Shown here one piece after another: positions 30,263-46,500 of a stretch of DNA of 64,000 bases. How positions within the stretch are numbered: position 1 is the stretch's first letter; every line of letters starts with the position of its first letter. The DNA is taken from the NCBI RefSeq assembly GCF_009914755.1, contig NC_060947.1; one strand, 5' to 3'. Position numbers and translations under genes: made by a program. Below the pieces are notes generated by a model. The model searched no databases and was not told where the DNA came from. It saw nothing but the letters and a program-made list of their open reading frames with translations. This DNA is from the human T2T-CHM13v2.0 reference genome, Homo sapiens.

Positions 30263-30880
30263 CATGAAATAAAAATATAGGCTAATGCCACTTATGAGGA
30301 CATACATAAAAATCCTAAACAAATTAGTAAGGCATAGATTATTAAAAAAGGATAATATGTTGTGACCCATTTTTTTCCCCTAGAAAGGCAAGGTTTGTTT
30401 AAACATAGCAACTTACCAATGAAATTCACCACGTTAACAGATTAATAAAAGAAAAAGTCCTATGATCATCTGTGTGGATGCACTACAAGTGCTTGATGAA
30501 ATTCAACATCTATTGAAGATAAATACTCCTAGGAAATGAGGAATACAATGGAACTCTCTATTGTGATAAAGTGTATCTATATTAAAAAACACAGGAAACA
30601 TTGTAAAATGTTAAAAAAAACTTTCCAGTGCCTATTAGGCATAAGAGAAGGATGGCCACAATTACTGGTTCTATTCAGCATTCTATTGGGTGGGTCTGTC
30701 CAATGTTGTAAAATAGGAAAAAGGACAAAGCGTACTGTTTGAAATGTCAGAAACAAGCTGTTGTTATTCAAAGATGATATGATTGTGTAAGTTGAAATTC
30801 AGAAAGGATCTAGAGATAAATTTGGAATAAGTATATTTAGCAAGGTTACTGGATAGAAAACCAATAAACAAACACTGAAT
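30263..30880 (+). mobile_element. Ancient L1M ORF2 (RT region) fragment
   Basis: Degenerate GIREGWP.L.VLFSILL and LFKDDMIV-like sequence. Confidence 0.65.
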
Positions 30881-30884
30881 CCAT

Positions 30885-31681
30885 TGAATGGATTAAAAAA
30901 GTTTTTTCTCTGTTCTTACCTCACAACAATTAACATGGAAGAGTTTTGTGATCAAATGTGTGGGGGCTTTTCTACACACACCAAACAAGCAATGAGTTTT
31001 GCAGCACACACCAGCTGGGTGTCCTCTCATTCAATTCTGACACAAGCTACCTTGACATAGAGTAAGATTGCACAGGTTAAGGGCTCAGTCCCATAAGATT
31101 TCCCTCACTACAAGCCCTAGGTTGTTTCACCTGTGTTTCTGACCCACCAGCTATAAATTGAGTTTTCCATGAGTCCTACTCAGGTTCAGTCAGTTAATTT
31201 CCTACAGCATCTCACAAGACTCAGGGAAACACATACGTTTATGGGTTTATTAAAACAGGATATTAGAAAGGATGCAGATAAAGAGATGCATAGAGTAAGG
31301 AATGGGGAAAGGGGCAAGGAGCTTCCATGCCCTCTACAGGCATGCTGCCCTCTTTGTGTTCAGCTAGCCAGAAGCTCTCTGAACCCTGTCATTTTGGGTT
31401 TTTTGGAGGTTTTCATTATGTAGCTATGATTGATGAAACCAATGGCTAGCCATTTTTGACCAAGTTAACCTTGAGTCCCTCTCATTTCCCTGAAGGTTAG
31501 GGGTGGGGCTGAAAGTCCCAACCCTCTAATCCCCCATCCTAGAGCTACTTAGGGGCTGCCAGCCATCAGCCAACTAATTAGCATACAATAAGATATCATT
31601 TTTTGGAGATTCTAAACATTTTAAAAACTGTATGCCAGTAAGCAGGGTCAAGGACCAAATACACATTTCACAAAATCACAC
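30885..31681 (-). mobile_element. MER21-like LTR, longest of three copies
   Basis: Reverse complement of 2118-2512 and 59872-60285 plus the rest of the LTR. Confidence 0.75.
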
Positions 31682-31682
31682 C

Positions 31683-32066
31683 TGTATTAGACCATTTTCA
31701 CACTGCTATAAAGAACTACCTGAGTCTGGGGAACTGATGAAGGTTTAATTGACTCACAGTTCCACAGGCTTGACAGCAAGCATAATTGGAAGGCCTCAGG
31801 AAGCTTACAATCATGGAGGAAGGGAAAGCAAGCACCTCTTCAAATGGAGGCAGGAGAAAGCATGAAGCGAGAAGTGCCACACACTTTTAAACCATTAGAG
31901 GGTTGGAACTTTCAGCCCCAACCCTTGAGTACTAACTGACTGTCAGGAGAACAACAAGGAGGAAATCCACTCCCATGATCCAATCACCTCCCACCAGGTC
32001 CCTCTCCAAACACTGGGAACAATTAAACATGAGATTTGGGTGGTGACACCCAGCCAAACCATACCA
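31683..32066 (-). mobile_element. MaLR LTR (MST/THE1-like), specific to the copy C flank
   Basis: tgtattagaccattttcacactgctataaagaactacctgag...cagccaaaccatacca; absent at the paralogous sites (~2117 and ~59871). Confidence 0.85.
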
Positions 32067-32144
32067 ACACTTGTATACCAACTCAATTTTCAAAATTTCA
32101 AAACTTTGAAATACAAAATTTAAAGAAATGATACCTTTACTCTT

Positions 32145-32424
32145 GAAAAAATCTCCCTCTGTCACTCAGGCTGGAGTTGCAGTGGCATGAACATGCACTG
32201 CATCCTCTACCTCCTGGGCTCAAGTGATCCTCCCACCTCAGCATCTGGAGTAGCTTGAACTACAGCTACATAAATACATACATTCAGTCAATCATTTACT
32301 TTTGTAGAGAACAGGGTCTCACTATTTTGCCCAATCTGGTGTCAGTCTCCTGAGCTCAAGCAATCCTCCTGCCTCAGCATCCCAAAGTCCTCAGATTACA
32401 GGTGTAAGCCACTGCACCTGGCCA
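32145..32424 (-). mobile_element. AluJ-like
   Basis: Antisense Alu; paralog of 1797-2074. Confidence 0.88.
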
Positions 32425-32489
32425 CACTTTTCAGTAGTATAAAATATGTGAAATAAAATTAACAAAAGATGTGCAAGTCTTCTTTGAAT

Positions 32490-35400
32490 AAAACTGTAAA
32501 ACTTTATTGAGATATTTTTAAGTCAAATATCAAATATAAAAACCGTTTGCATTCTTTCAGCTTCTCTTCATTTAAAACTGTGGTTGCCCTTCACGTGTAA
32601 CAGAAACATAACAGGAGGGAATATTACTAGCAGAACTGTATTTAGATGACATTAAAGGTATGCAAAGTTTTGGTTTTATGCAAAAGACTAAAACTGTAAG
32701 CCTAAGTGTCACCCTATGGCTAACATTCAATAAGACCCCTGTAGGGACTTTGAAGATAGACTTCCATGCATATACAGTATTAACTTTTTTTGAACCCACC
32801 CTGCTTTCTGTGCTCTACAAGAAAACCAAAAGACAGTCTAAGGTCAGAACACATTAAATCAAGTGAACCTAATAAAAAGTGGCTCAAAGTGGAAAGCAAA
32901 CATTGTGTATACATTTACTAAAAATATCACTGATACACAAAACATCTAAGAAAAAAAGGAATTTACAAAATTGTATAATTTAGTGTTTTGGCTTGAAATA
33001 ATAGACTGGATGTTTGACAAGCTCCTAGGAAACAGTTAATGTCACATCAGGAACTGCATAAGTACATTGAATGGAAAAGCCCATACTGTATTTGTTTGTC
33101 TCTGTGGCACAAAAGTGCAAAAATGTAGCTTTAGCTAGTTTACACTTCTGTGGATTTCAAGGTACAGTAACTATTTGTCCAAGGTTTTCACCTATCATTA
33201 TGATGTCAATATGAAGAGTGCCTCTTTTTACACCTGAAAGTATTCCCTTTTGTAAAATAAATTACATGGTCACATTCGTTTTAATCTATCACTATCATTT
33301 TAGATAGAGGCATATATCATGAACAATGGGGCAAAAAAAAAAAGAAATGGAGGGAGAGGAAAATGGAAAAGGAGAGTAAGACATCTTTAAAAGGCAAATA
33401 TTTGTTTCTAGAAGTAAGTGTTTCTGAGTGTCAACTGGAAAATTTCAGAAGTTCCTCCACAGTGTTTGTGATGTTTAGATATTCAGGTATTCCTGAGATA
33501 TATTTACTAATGTATGCATTCCTAGTTTATCAACCATTTCGTCCATATTTTGAAAATACTAGAGTTCAAGAATATATTCACTTTCAATTATACCGTATAT
33601 TGAGTTCTGTTAGGGTCTTGTTCATATTCTGTGTTGAGCTTTTACCATTTTCTTCAGGATTATGTAAACTATTAGATACTCTATTCATAGCTATTTTTAA
33701 AAAGAACAACATTTCAATTTATTGCTTTTGGATTACGTTTCCTTTTCCTAATGATTCATACCTTTTATTCACTCCTGCTTTCCTTTTCCCTTAAGTTTAT
33801 TCTGTGGGTCTTCTATTACTATTTTTATTTATTATTATCACTTTCATTTATCCTGTAATTTGCTATTTTAATAAGATATGCACTTAAGGCTATGATCTTC
33901 CTAAGAATACAATGGAGCCTTGTTCAATAGACTCCTGGAAATCGTCTGAAAACTATCTTTTAATGTAAATGTCTAACGGAATGGTTCAGCAGTGCAGAGT
34001 AAACGCATTTAGGTAATTTCTTCCCTAAACATGGAGTCCTTCCTTTACATTCAGAAGCTCTTCTAATTAACAGTCAGCAATTTGGAAAATATGTGTAAAA
34101 GATACTTATATCTACTACTCGGGAATTAGTTCCTTATGGTTTTTGAACTTTAAATGCTATTATCTGATGTCTCCTGCCTCAGCCCCCCAAGTAGCTGGGA
34201 CTACAGGCGTGTGCCACCATGCCCGGCTAATTTTTGTATTTTTAGTATAGACGGGGTTTCGCCATGTTGGCCAGGCTGGTATCAAACTCCTGACCTCAAG
34301 TGATCTGCCCACCTCAGCCTCCCAAAGTGCTGGAATTACAGGCATGAGCCACCACACCTGGCCTGAACTCTGTTTTTAAAGGAGCAGTAATGTTCTCTCT
34401 TTGAATTATCAAAAGTACAATGTTATGAACAGTGAGTATCAGCTATCTAGGAATCTGAAGCCTGCTTCATGAATAGCATTTTAATCATGATTTAAATATA
34501 ATTTTCTGAAGGATTAGATGAAGGTATTGGTGGGTCTATGACAAACATAGTCCTGATGCCCATCCCCTGTTGAAAATGTTTTAGTTAAAATTAATTAAAG
34601 TTATGCTTAGGTCCAACTGTCCTATATGTGACTTTCCATATATAAATCCCATTAAGAAAAAAGTACTAAATATAATAGCAAAACCACTGTCTTCCAGTGA
34701 AAGTATGAGAACCTGAGTTCAAAGAAATTACTGGGCATTGTTGACGATCTTATTCTGGAAACCTCTTAAGAGTGAATTGCTAAAATAATTCATGGCCCAA
34801 ATTCTGTCAATGTTTAGCTTGAAAATGCTACCCATTGAGGAAATAATTTGTCTCAAGATAATCTTATCACAATCTGAATTTTCTAATTATAATAGTATTT
34901 AAACAACCTTTAAAAGTCCCTTAAAATCACACTAATATATCTATCTGCATGCCAGTGTCCTGAATTATCCAGCTTTTCCACATATACTGCCAGAAATACC
35001 AAAGAAAGGGAACAGTGGCTGCCATTCATTGAGCTCTTTTCTGGAGTTGCTATCCTGCTTCACTGAACTGTGTTTTCTTGTGAGGCAATATTGAAGTACT
35101 TTACCATACAGACACATTCGAGTATTAAACATTTTAAGCAAAATCATTCATGTTTTCTAACAACATAGATGGTAGGAACAACGCAAATCTTGGAATGTAA
35201 TATGAGTTCTGTCTCCATGAGTCAACTCTTCTTCATAGGCCTCAATCTCTAAGCCTCAGTTTTCTTATTTATTATATAGAAAGGACTATATTTTCAAGCA
35301 TACAAAATACATCTCAAACAAAAAGAGAAGATTCATTATATTCAGGGACTGCATGAAGCTGCAAAATATCCTCTTCCCTTTTCCAGCCAACTGTCAGCAA

Positions 35401-37130
35401 ATGTTTGAGATCCTTTCCTAATATTTTGTTTCCGCCTGTTACTGGTCATGGCATAATGCATGATGCACACATAGGCCTCCTTCCCCCATAGACATTCTTT
35501 CTTTCCCTTCCCAGCACCTTGAATTTCAGTTGTACCCTGATCTCTGTCATGAACAGGTGTAGGATCCTGATTTTTAGTTTGTGGTTCCTCTTCTTGAGGC
35601 TCTTCATGACTGGGCTCCAGGGGCTAGGGGTATATATGTGTGTGTGCAGATAAAAGGTTTTTTTCATTAATACATGTCAATAATATAAATATGCAGAATA
35701 CAGAGTTTTCCCTGATCATGAATAAGTCTAAAGACATTTCTACAACACTATTCCATAAACCTATTCTTCATAAAGTTATTCTTCCCACAGAGAGGTTACT
35801 CTAAGACAGTTACACTCAAGGGCTTCGGAAGCCATTTTAATTTATGTTGGGATGAATTTGTGTAATCTGTTATCAATAAACATGAGGAGAGATTCAGGTG
35901 CAAAATCTGGGGAGCACAGATCATCCATCCAGGCAAAACCAGAACATAATATTCTTGGGCTAGTGTTTCCTTATGAGATGCTATGATCATTTTTTATCAG
36001 AATGGGATACTTTTATCACTGCATCTATAATAGTGCAACAACACTACCACAAAAAGAAATTTCTGCTAATAGAAAACATTGAATGTTAAGTCACTCACAT
36101 GCATAGGCCCAATCAGCTGAAGAGGTTGTAAATATCATCTTGGTCTAGGCCTATATGTTGATCTTCCTCGCCAACTCATATTTCACTCTGCAAACACAAT
36201 ACTATGATTGGGAAAATGCGCTTGAGAGGACAGCTATATTTGACCACTTTCATGGACAAATGTTAACTTGCAAAATTTTTTTAAAAATTTGCAAACACTT
36301 TGAAAGTCCCAGGGCAAGTATAAGTGTGTGTGCCTTCTGAATCAAATATTTGTAAAGCCACTTAATGTGGTCAAGCTAGCTGAGCAATGTCTTAAGGCTC
36401 CTGGCAAAAGACAGGATATTTCCGATGAGGTTTGATTTCACAACTGAACTCTGCTCTGTGGAGACATTTAGGAAAATACAGTTAGAGAATTAAAACTACA
36501 GTGACCACGGCTTTTGTCACACATCCATTTGCTAGGCCCATTTCCTCTGTACAATCAAGTTTTGTTGGAACACACAGTCCCATTTGGACATCCAGGGTGG
36601 AGTTGTGAAGTTGGCACACAGAACAGGGCACTCCTCACTGGACAGCTCTTCAGGGTGCTCAAGAGATCTCGGGCCTGGTCACCAGCCCGCGGGGTTCCCA
36701 GTTCCCAGGCCCTTTCCTAACCATCCACCTCCCTGTTTCCCAGGTCTCCACCAAGGGGTCTGGAATGTGTCTTCTGTTGAGGGTTCCAGGTGCTTTCAGG
36801 ACTAAGAAAACTCCAATAGCTCCCCCTAGCACTCTCCTCATCTTCACCTGCACCCCCTCCACTCTGTGGCCCACCTTCCTCCTTCATTCTGAGTGTCCCA
36901 CAAGGCCCATGGCAATGCTATTACACCAGGAAAAGGACGAAGACTCTTCACCCTCCAAGGTCAGGGACTATGCTGCCCAACACTCCAGAAGCTCACTGGC
37001 TCCTCCCCACACTCATTCAGACTTCAACTCCTGGGAGGACTGGTCTGAGGTTCTACCAGCTGGGTCCAAATTGGGGAAAAAGGATCCAGAATGCAGGAAT
37101 GCAACCCTCACACCCTCACAGCTCCACAGA
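32490..37130 (-). pseudogene. XAGE-family unprocessed pseudogene, copy C (exons ~37130-37057, 36187-36099, 35617-35518, exon 4 deleted, 32594-~32490)
   Basis: Exon 2 reads MSWRGRSTYRPRPR*YLQPLQLIGPMH (TGA at 36137-36135). Exon 3 reads EPSHEEPQEEEPQTKNQDPTPVHDRDQGTTEIQ with acceptor AG>TG. Exon 5 reads GEGQPQF* with acceptor AG>AC. AATAAA at 32508-32503. Confidence 0.92.
34165..34363 (-). mobile_element. AluS, 3' part missing
   Basis: ctcctgcctcagcc...ccaccacacctggcc with no tail. Confidence 0.9.
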
Positions 37131-37800
37131 GTTCACCACGCTGGCAAAGGGATCAATTGGAAGATGTCCAGTGAACATGCATTGAGGTGGGCATTCAAGG
37201 AGCATGCAAAGTGAGATTGGTGCCTGGTGCCCAGCCTCACACCAGTCCATTTGGCACCCTGTAGTCCTGCACTCTTTCACCCCCTTTCAGGTCCCCATTG
37301 AGGACTTTGGAATCCATCCTCTGTGGGGGGTTTCATATGCCTCCAGGATTCAACCACCACAAATAATTTCCCCCTTCAAAACTCACTCCATGTTCACCAG
37401 AACCTCCTCTGCTCTATGACTTTCCTTCCTCCCCTGTCCAGGCCCCCCACCACAGCAAGGCCATAGCTGCGTCACTGACTGTTAGGAGAAAAACGGGGAC
37501 CTCAAAGCCCTTCTCCCTAGGAGGTCCTGGACCATGACTACGGGCTCCTCCTCACATTCACTCACACTTCAACTTCTGGGAGGATTGATCTGAGGATCTA
37601 CCGACTTAGTCGTAGTCAGTGAGACAGAAGGAAGTCATGATGTCTACTTGCACAGCTCTGCAGAAGACAGCAAGGCGCACGGGCAACAAGGGACTTGGGC
37701 AGCAAGGGGCGTGCACGCTGAGTCAGGCACATACAGGGCAGGCCAGGGTTTTCCCGCTGTCCCCACACCCACATCCCCAGGCTGTTTGTAGTAGAAAGAA
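36900..37800 (-). promoter_or_regulatory. Promoter/exon-1 region of copy C (two tandem modules)
   Basis: Donor-like gtag at 37601 and 37056 on the minus strand; gaagt(g/c)tga(g/a)tga motif twice; inverted homolog of 45290-46500. Confidence 0.7.
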
Positions 37801-37944
37801 AGGGACTTAGGAGATTTTTTTTGTCTCTCTCTCTTGTCCAACCAGAAACTTTGGGAACAGACAGTCCCATGTCACTCTTAGTGGAGGATGTGTCTCAGAA
37901 ATATCTGTGACAAAAATAAGGAATTTTATGTATATATATATATG

Positions 37945-38190
37945 TGCTTTTTCCTCAGTGTATTGCTCTGTCACCCAGGCTGGAGGGAGGTGGCATGACC
38001 ATACCTCACTGCAACCTCTATCTCCTGGGCTCAAGCAATCCTCATGCTGCAGCCCTCTGAGTAGTTGGGAATATGGGTGGGTGCCACCATGCCCAGCTAA
38101 TTTATTTATTTTTTTAGATGCAAGGTCTCACTGTGTTGCTCAGGCTGGTCTCAAATACATGGACTCAAGTGATCCTCCCACCTCCGCCAA
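37945..38190 (-). mobile_element. AluJ-like
   Basis: Antisense Alu; inverted paralog at 44583-44855. Confidence 0.85.
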
Positions 38191-40083
38191 TTTTTATACA
38201 TGCCCTGATTAATCACTTCCTTCTCTGGTTCAGGGTTTTCTGTCATGTGCACAATGAGTTTGACTATCTGTATACTCAATAAATTCACACCATTTTACTT
38301 TTTAAGGTTGTGTTGTTGCACATTTACATCTCTAGACTGGTAACTGTTTTTTTCTGAATTTTCCTGTAGATCATTCAGGCAATAGGGTTCTGAAATATCC
38401 ATAGATATTGATCGTAGCTTCTAGGCTCAGTCTACTGTGATATGATGCACAGCAGTGGTGACTATGCTCATCATATACTCCCAAATATCAGCCAAACAAC
38501 CTGTTCATAAGACAGTACTGACATTATTTGCATAACGCTGTAAGAAAGAGCACTACCTCGACAGAGACACTCGTATGTCACACATGTGGAAGGGCTTTAG
38601 GTATATTTATTCTGATTTTGGAGTCTGGTGTGAAGTGCATTTTTTAAAGTGGGGGATGGTTTGGTTAGAATTCGGTAGGAATCATAATAATTGAGGATTG
38701 GTGAACACAACAAGAGGAGGATTTTTAGACAAAGGGTTCAAAGAGCTTTGGCATTGAGAAATGTCGTTTGACACATTTTACTGAGGAGTTGATGGATCTT
38801 TCAGGCAGTTGCTGGAATGAACAATAGTTTTGTTTTTTTTTTTTTTACAACTTTTATTTTCCTTGGCAAGGGATTCCTGTATTACTAAAGTTACATTGAT
38901 GAAGCCAGTGGAGTATAAACTCTCATTTATGTAGATAGTAAGCTGTGTGCATGATTCCTCTTCTTATTACTTTTATATTATTCCCAGTTTTATATGAGAA
39001 ATAGTATATAGAAGAGAAGGATAAGAAGGGGGCCCTGATCAGAATGTAGCTTGTTGTAAACAAATTAGGATATATTGTTGAATTGACTCCTATATATTCC
39101 ATCTAGCTGGGCTCCTTTTAAGGAAATACCTTGAGAAGGAAATGTGTGGTTCCTCAGTCCCTCCCTCCCTCTCTGTAAAAAGCAGCTTGAGTAAGAATTG
39201 TGGTTCTTCAAAGTTTTTTTAAGGAGTGAGAGTAGTCATAATCCTGATCTATTATTAATTTGTCTTTTATCTTTTTGGTTCTTTTTTGGCAAGAACACCA
39301 TTAAATTTTACTTTCTTTTGTCCCGTATTAACTCTAGTTTTTAGTATAGTGCACTCATAGGTTCTCAAAGAATGGATTTAGACTTTCTGTGAGCAACTCA
39401 TTAGCAAATGGTCAAGGTCATGTCATCAGATGGCTGGACGGTTCTGCTTCACAAGGACCTGGAATTTAATGATTGCTGAATGGCTCCACTCCAGCTTCAA
39501 AGGCCAGGCTTTAACCTCATGCCAAATGTGAGCTTCCTCCTGCCATTCCTGTGGGAGACAACCCAGGACCAAGTGGATGGGTTAAAGGATCATAATGGAT
39601 TGGGATGGGAGCAAGTTGTGAAGTAGCCCTTGCAACACACAGGAAACAGCAGAAAATATGAAAGATACTGTAGAGACAAGAAGAGTTGTCTAATACATGA
39701 CCCTAGCAACTCTAGCTGCTAAGGGAAGAGTCAGAGCTGGGACCAGCACAGCCGGTCTACCTGTGGGAGGGCTCAATTTCCCACATGACTAGAGCTTCCC
39801 ATACTTCAAGCACAGGAATCTCTGAACAAATTTGGATTTCAACAGGATGGTAAGTGGACAAAGTCTACAGATTCTGAGGAGTTAGCAATTTTCAGAGTAT
39901 TGTAGTGAACATTGTCACCTGAACTCAGAATGCTTGGTGATTGAGGTCAAATTATTTACTACCTATCATGTTAAGTGGAAGTCTCCTACTTGCCTCATAA
40001 AAGGGGAGCAGAGTAGGGAAATGGAGGTCCCTGTGAATAAATGCATTTAGCTATGCTGCAGCCCAAGTGAAGCCTCCACATGA

Positions 40084-40624
<541 letters not shown>

Positions 40625-41609
40625 TGCATATACTTCTATAACAGCATTTATTAGCCATTGAGGATGTTCTGTGAAAAGGATTAAATATTTTCCATGCTGG
40701 TTTGTCATCCATAGTGGTTCCTAAGACACATGTTGCCAGCCACAAACAGCATTTTAAAGAAATGAGATAAAATAAAATAGTAAATAGCATTTATTGCATA
40801 TAGAATATTTAAATAGACTGCACACCAACATACACATGCACATATTTATTTGCCTAGTAGAATATACACAAATGGTGTATTTCTCATGCATTGTAACTGT
40901 GTATTTCTCATGCATTGCAATAAACATTTTGAAGTTCACTACTTTAGCCATTATCAGACAAAATGTCTAGAAGCCAGTTCTTTAGGCTTCTGTGAAGATG
41001 ATGGATTAAGACCTGCTCAGAATAAGTTCACTGTTGTCTGTAGCTTTCTACATAATGCTTGAAATATATCTCAGTTATGTTTATATTGGTCAGTTTTACT
41101 GTGGTCATTTGACCCTCAGTAAACAAATTTGTGAACTCCTGAGTTGGTGAGAAGGAAGGCTGATGAGTTGTGGGGCTCTACTTCCTACCATGTGTTTCTG
41201 CAGCTGCAGGGTGTGTTCATGTGTGTGCTTCTGCACTCATCTGATGGTGCTTTGATGTGCTTCTTTCATTTCCCTCCTGTTATTGTTGACTGTGTCTTAT
41301 GGTTCCTATTATGTACTTCATTAGCATCCAGTGACAATGACATCTGTGGTATTCAGTGTTGATCCATTTTACATGTATTTCAAAATATTTTCAAGCATGA
41401 ATATTTATTTTTACCAACTTTCCTTTAAGTACTTGGAGAAGTCCAGTGCAATTCAATATTAGTATTTGATGTTAGATCTTACTGGGCTATAATCCTGCTA
41501 AATTTCCAATCATACTAAGTGTTGCTACACCCAAGCTTTTATGTCACCATAATGCTTCGATATATAACACATTGACCAAGACATAGTTGTAAGATTCTGA
41601 GATATTCAC

Positions 41610-42045
41610 TTTTTAAATTTCCTACTTTTAAGTTCAGGCATACAAATGCAGGAGGAGGTGCAGGTTTGTTACATAGGTAAATGTGTGCCATGGTGGTTGC
41701 CTGCACAGATCATCCCATCACCCAGGTATTAAGACCAGCATCCATTAGCTATTCTTCCTGATCCTCTCCATCTGCTCACTCCCTGCTCTTTGCTAGGACC
41801 CAATCAATGCATGTTGTTCCCCCAGATGTGTCCATGTGTTTTCATCATTTGGCTCTCACTTTTAAGTGAGAACATGCAGTATTTGGTTTTCTGTTCCTGC
41901 TTTAGTTTGCTAAGGATAATGGCCTTTACCTCCAACCATATCCCTGCAAAGAATATGATCTGATTCATTTTTATGGCTGAATAGTATTTTATGGTGTATA
42001 TGTACCATATTTTCTTTATCCAGTCCACCACTGATGGGATTGATA
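41610..42045 (-). mobile_element. Older L1PA 3' fragment
   Basis: DWIKKIWYIYTIKYYSAIK..IILSKL (ORF2 end) and 3'UTR on the minus strand. Confidence 0.88.
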
Positions 42046-42064
42046 CATCAAGTATCACAATAAC

Positions 42065-42800
42065 ACGTGGTACTTGCTGTGAGGGCTATCATATTGTGAT
42101 GGGGCAGACAGACCCTTACAGAGAAAAGCAGCTGAAATACAAAGGAGAAACACAGGGAAGGGACCCAGGAGAATAAATAAACAGTAAATGCAGTGGCCAT
42201 GAAGCAGGAAGAAAACAATACAATTTCTTGAAAAGATAATCTTTCTCCTTTGCCTTTGCACCTCTTCTGAAAATCAATTTTTAATGTCTGTGAGTCTATT
42301 GCTGGACTCTATTCTAATCTGTTGGGATTTTTCCCAATACCACACTGTCTTGATTACTATAGAATTAACATAATTGATGTATGAGGCTGGATGATTAAAA
42401 TCATCATAATAAAATAATAAGTAAATAAATAAATAAAATTAATATGAATCTTGTCATTTTGTAGTGTGAGTTTCCCAAAGTTATGCTTCAAAATTGTTTT
42501 GTCCTGGTTCATTTTCCTTTCTAGATAATTTACTTCAATGTAGTGGGTTGTTTACATTGATGCAGTTCTTCCTTCAATGGCAGCAGATAAATGCATTAGT
42601 AGCTACTGAGTGACACGGGGGAAGAAGGTGAGTTCCACCTTAGCTTGAGGAATGATCCAATATAGAGGGAGCAGTTGATGCTTCAGGAGAGAGAAGTAGA
42701 TCACTGCAGGAGCAGAGCCCCTGAGAAGGTGGGAGGCGTGGGATCCTGAGCTGAGGTGAGGGGGCTGGCTTCAGTTAGGAGCATTCTATGCAGAAGGATG
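42065..42800 (+). repeat. Direct duplicate of ~3985-4670; the second half is also repeated at ~61380-61640
   Basis: gtggtacttgctgtg...aagcagctgaa..caaaggagaaacacagggaagggacccagg...ggatcctgagctgaggtgaggg is shared. Confidence 0.85.
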
Positions 42801-43360
42801 GGAGATAATTTGAGGGAATCACTGAAAGTGAGGGTGGTCTTGGGGATCCCTGACACAATAGCAGCAGCAGTGTGATTCACCAGCAAGACCATGACTCACT
42901 ATAAAATGTGAAATCCTTCTTCCAATAAAGGAAGAGTGAAGGGGTAGAGATGATGAAGCTGTAACACCTTGGAGACTATGGATTTCCCCATAATGTGAAG
43001 CAGCTGCCGACCTGCTATCTGTTAGAAACACATGTACTCCCAGCATTTAACAATAATCCCTCCAACTGCAAGAGAGGGGGCTCACTGGATCCCTCGTCCG
43101 CAGTTCTGTGCTGGATAATTTAAGGGGGAAAAGTGCAGCCAGATGCTGACTTTGGCTTTTCTTTTCTTCTAAAGGCAGGTAAGGAAAGGACCCATACGTT
43201 ACCAAAGGTGAGCTTTGTGTAGGCCAAAAATGTTAAAAGTTTGAATTTCTCTTTCCTCCAAGTGGGAGGAAAATAATCAGTTTCCTGGACTTCTGTAAAG
43301 CCTTAGATCAACCTTAAGCCTTAGATAAATGAAAAAAAGCAGGGAGCGGGGCGGGGGGAA

Positions 43361-43640
43361 GGCCGCATGCAATGGCTCACACCTGTAATCCCAGCATTTT
43401 GGGAGGCTGAAGCATGAGAATCACTTGAGACCAGGAGTTCAAGACCAGCCTGGGCAACATAGTGAGGCCAGGCCAAAATTTTAAAAATTAGCTGGGCATG
43501 GTGGCATAGCCTGTAGTCCCACCTACTCAGGAATGTGAGGCGGGAGGATTGCTGGAGCCCAGAAGCCCGAGGTAGCTTAAGTTATGATCCCGCCAGTGCA
43601 CCCCAGCCTGGGCAACAGAGGGAAACCCTGTTTCAAAAAG
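43361..43640 (+). mobile_element. AluJ-like
   Basis: Sense Alu; inverted paralog at 58120-58404. Confidence 0.9.
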
Positions 43641-44582
43641 GAGGTTGGGGGAGTGTGAAGACACATTCCGGCCTTGTCTTCAGCTGGGCTACCGCTGCTG
43701 CAGCCCCCTCCCAAACATTTGAGCCAGGATCCCTCTTGGCCATGGTACTTGTGACTCTGTAATGCTGAATTTAGTGCTAGCAGTTTGAAGGAAATTTCCA
43801 TGAGAAGAAAAAAGGGGGAAGTTTTAAACTGGCCTTGCATCTTGTGGCTATTACATCTGGATGTGTGATGATATTGACGGAAGAGGTCCGGCAGTTTGAC
43901 TACTCAGTGAAGCAGCCACAAACCAGGGAGTGATGTTTTCCATGCTTCTCACTGGATAAATGATAGAGAAAAAAGGGATGGAGTTTCTGTAAACCCATTT
44001 TTTGAATTTTGACAAATTCAAGATTTCATCTTGACTATTTCTTAAACATGATGAATCTTTTCACCTAAATTATATTAAAATACTTTTTTCTGAAAATCCT
44101 TTTGTCCCTCTTGCAGAGAACTCTTCCAGAAAAAGAGGTCTAGAGAAAGGAAGGGGATGATTAAAGAAGTAAAATGTTTGCATCACAAAATGGTATATGG
44201 TGATTTTTAACAATTGGAGAAAACATGAAACCTGGCAATAAGGAGAGGCAAAGGAGGGAGGGAGGACATTAGTTGTCTCTGTTTTTCAAAATTGTTGCTA
44301 AAAACTCTCCACTTTTCCTCAATAAATACTTTCCATACAGGCTTTCCAAGCCACTGTGAGCCAACGTTGAAATCACACTGACTGCTGAGCCCACAATCAC
44401 CTACAGGTATTCAGGGATTTCAGTTACCAGTCCAGAGATTTAAATGTGCAATAACACAATGTAAAAAAGTAAAGAGGCATGAATGTATTGAGTCTACAGA
44501 AATATAGTTAAATTCATTGTATGCATGGAAGAAAACCCAGAACCGGAGAAGGAAGTGATTAATCAACGCATGTATAAAAATT

Positions 44583-46500
<1,918 letters not shown>

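Noticed and set aside
33363-33794. 143-aa hydrophobic ORF antisense to intron 4 of copy C
   Set aside because: It lies in AT-rich intronic sequence, has no recognisable homology, and the paralogous XAGE2 intron is interrupted by an Alu in this interval.
38435-38950. Possible LTR remnant in the C/D spacer
   Set aside because: The composition is suggestive, but I cannot assign a family or boundaries without a Dfam search.
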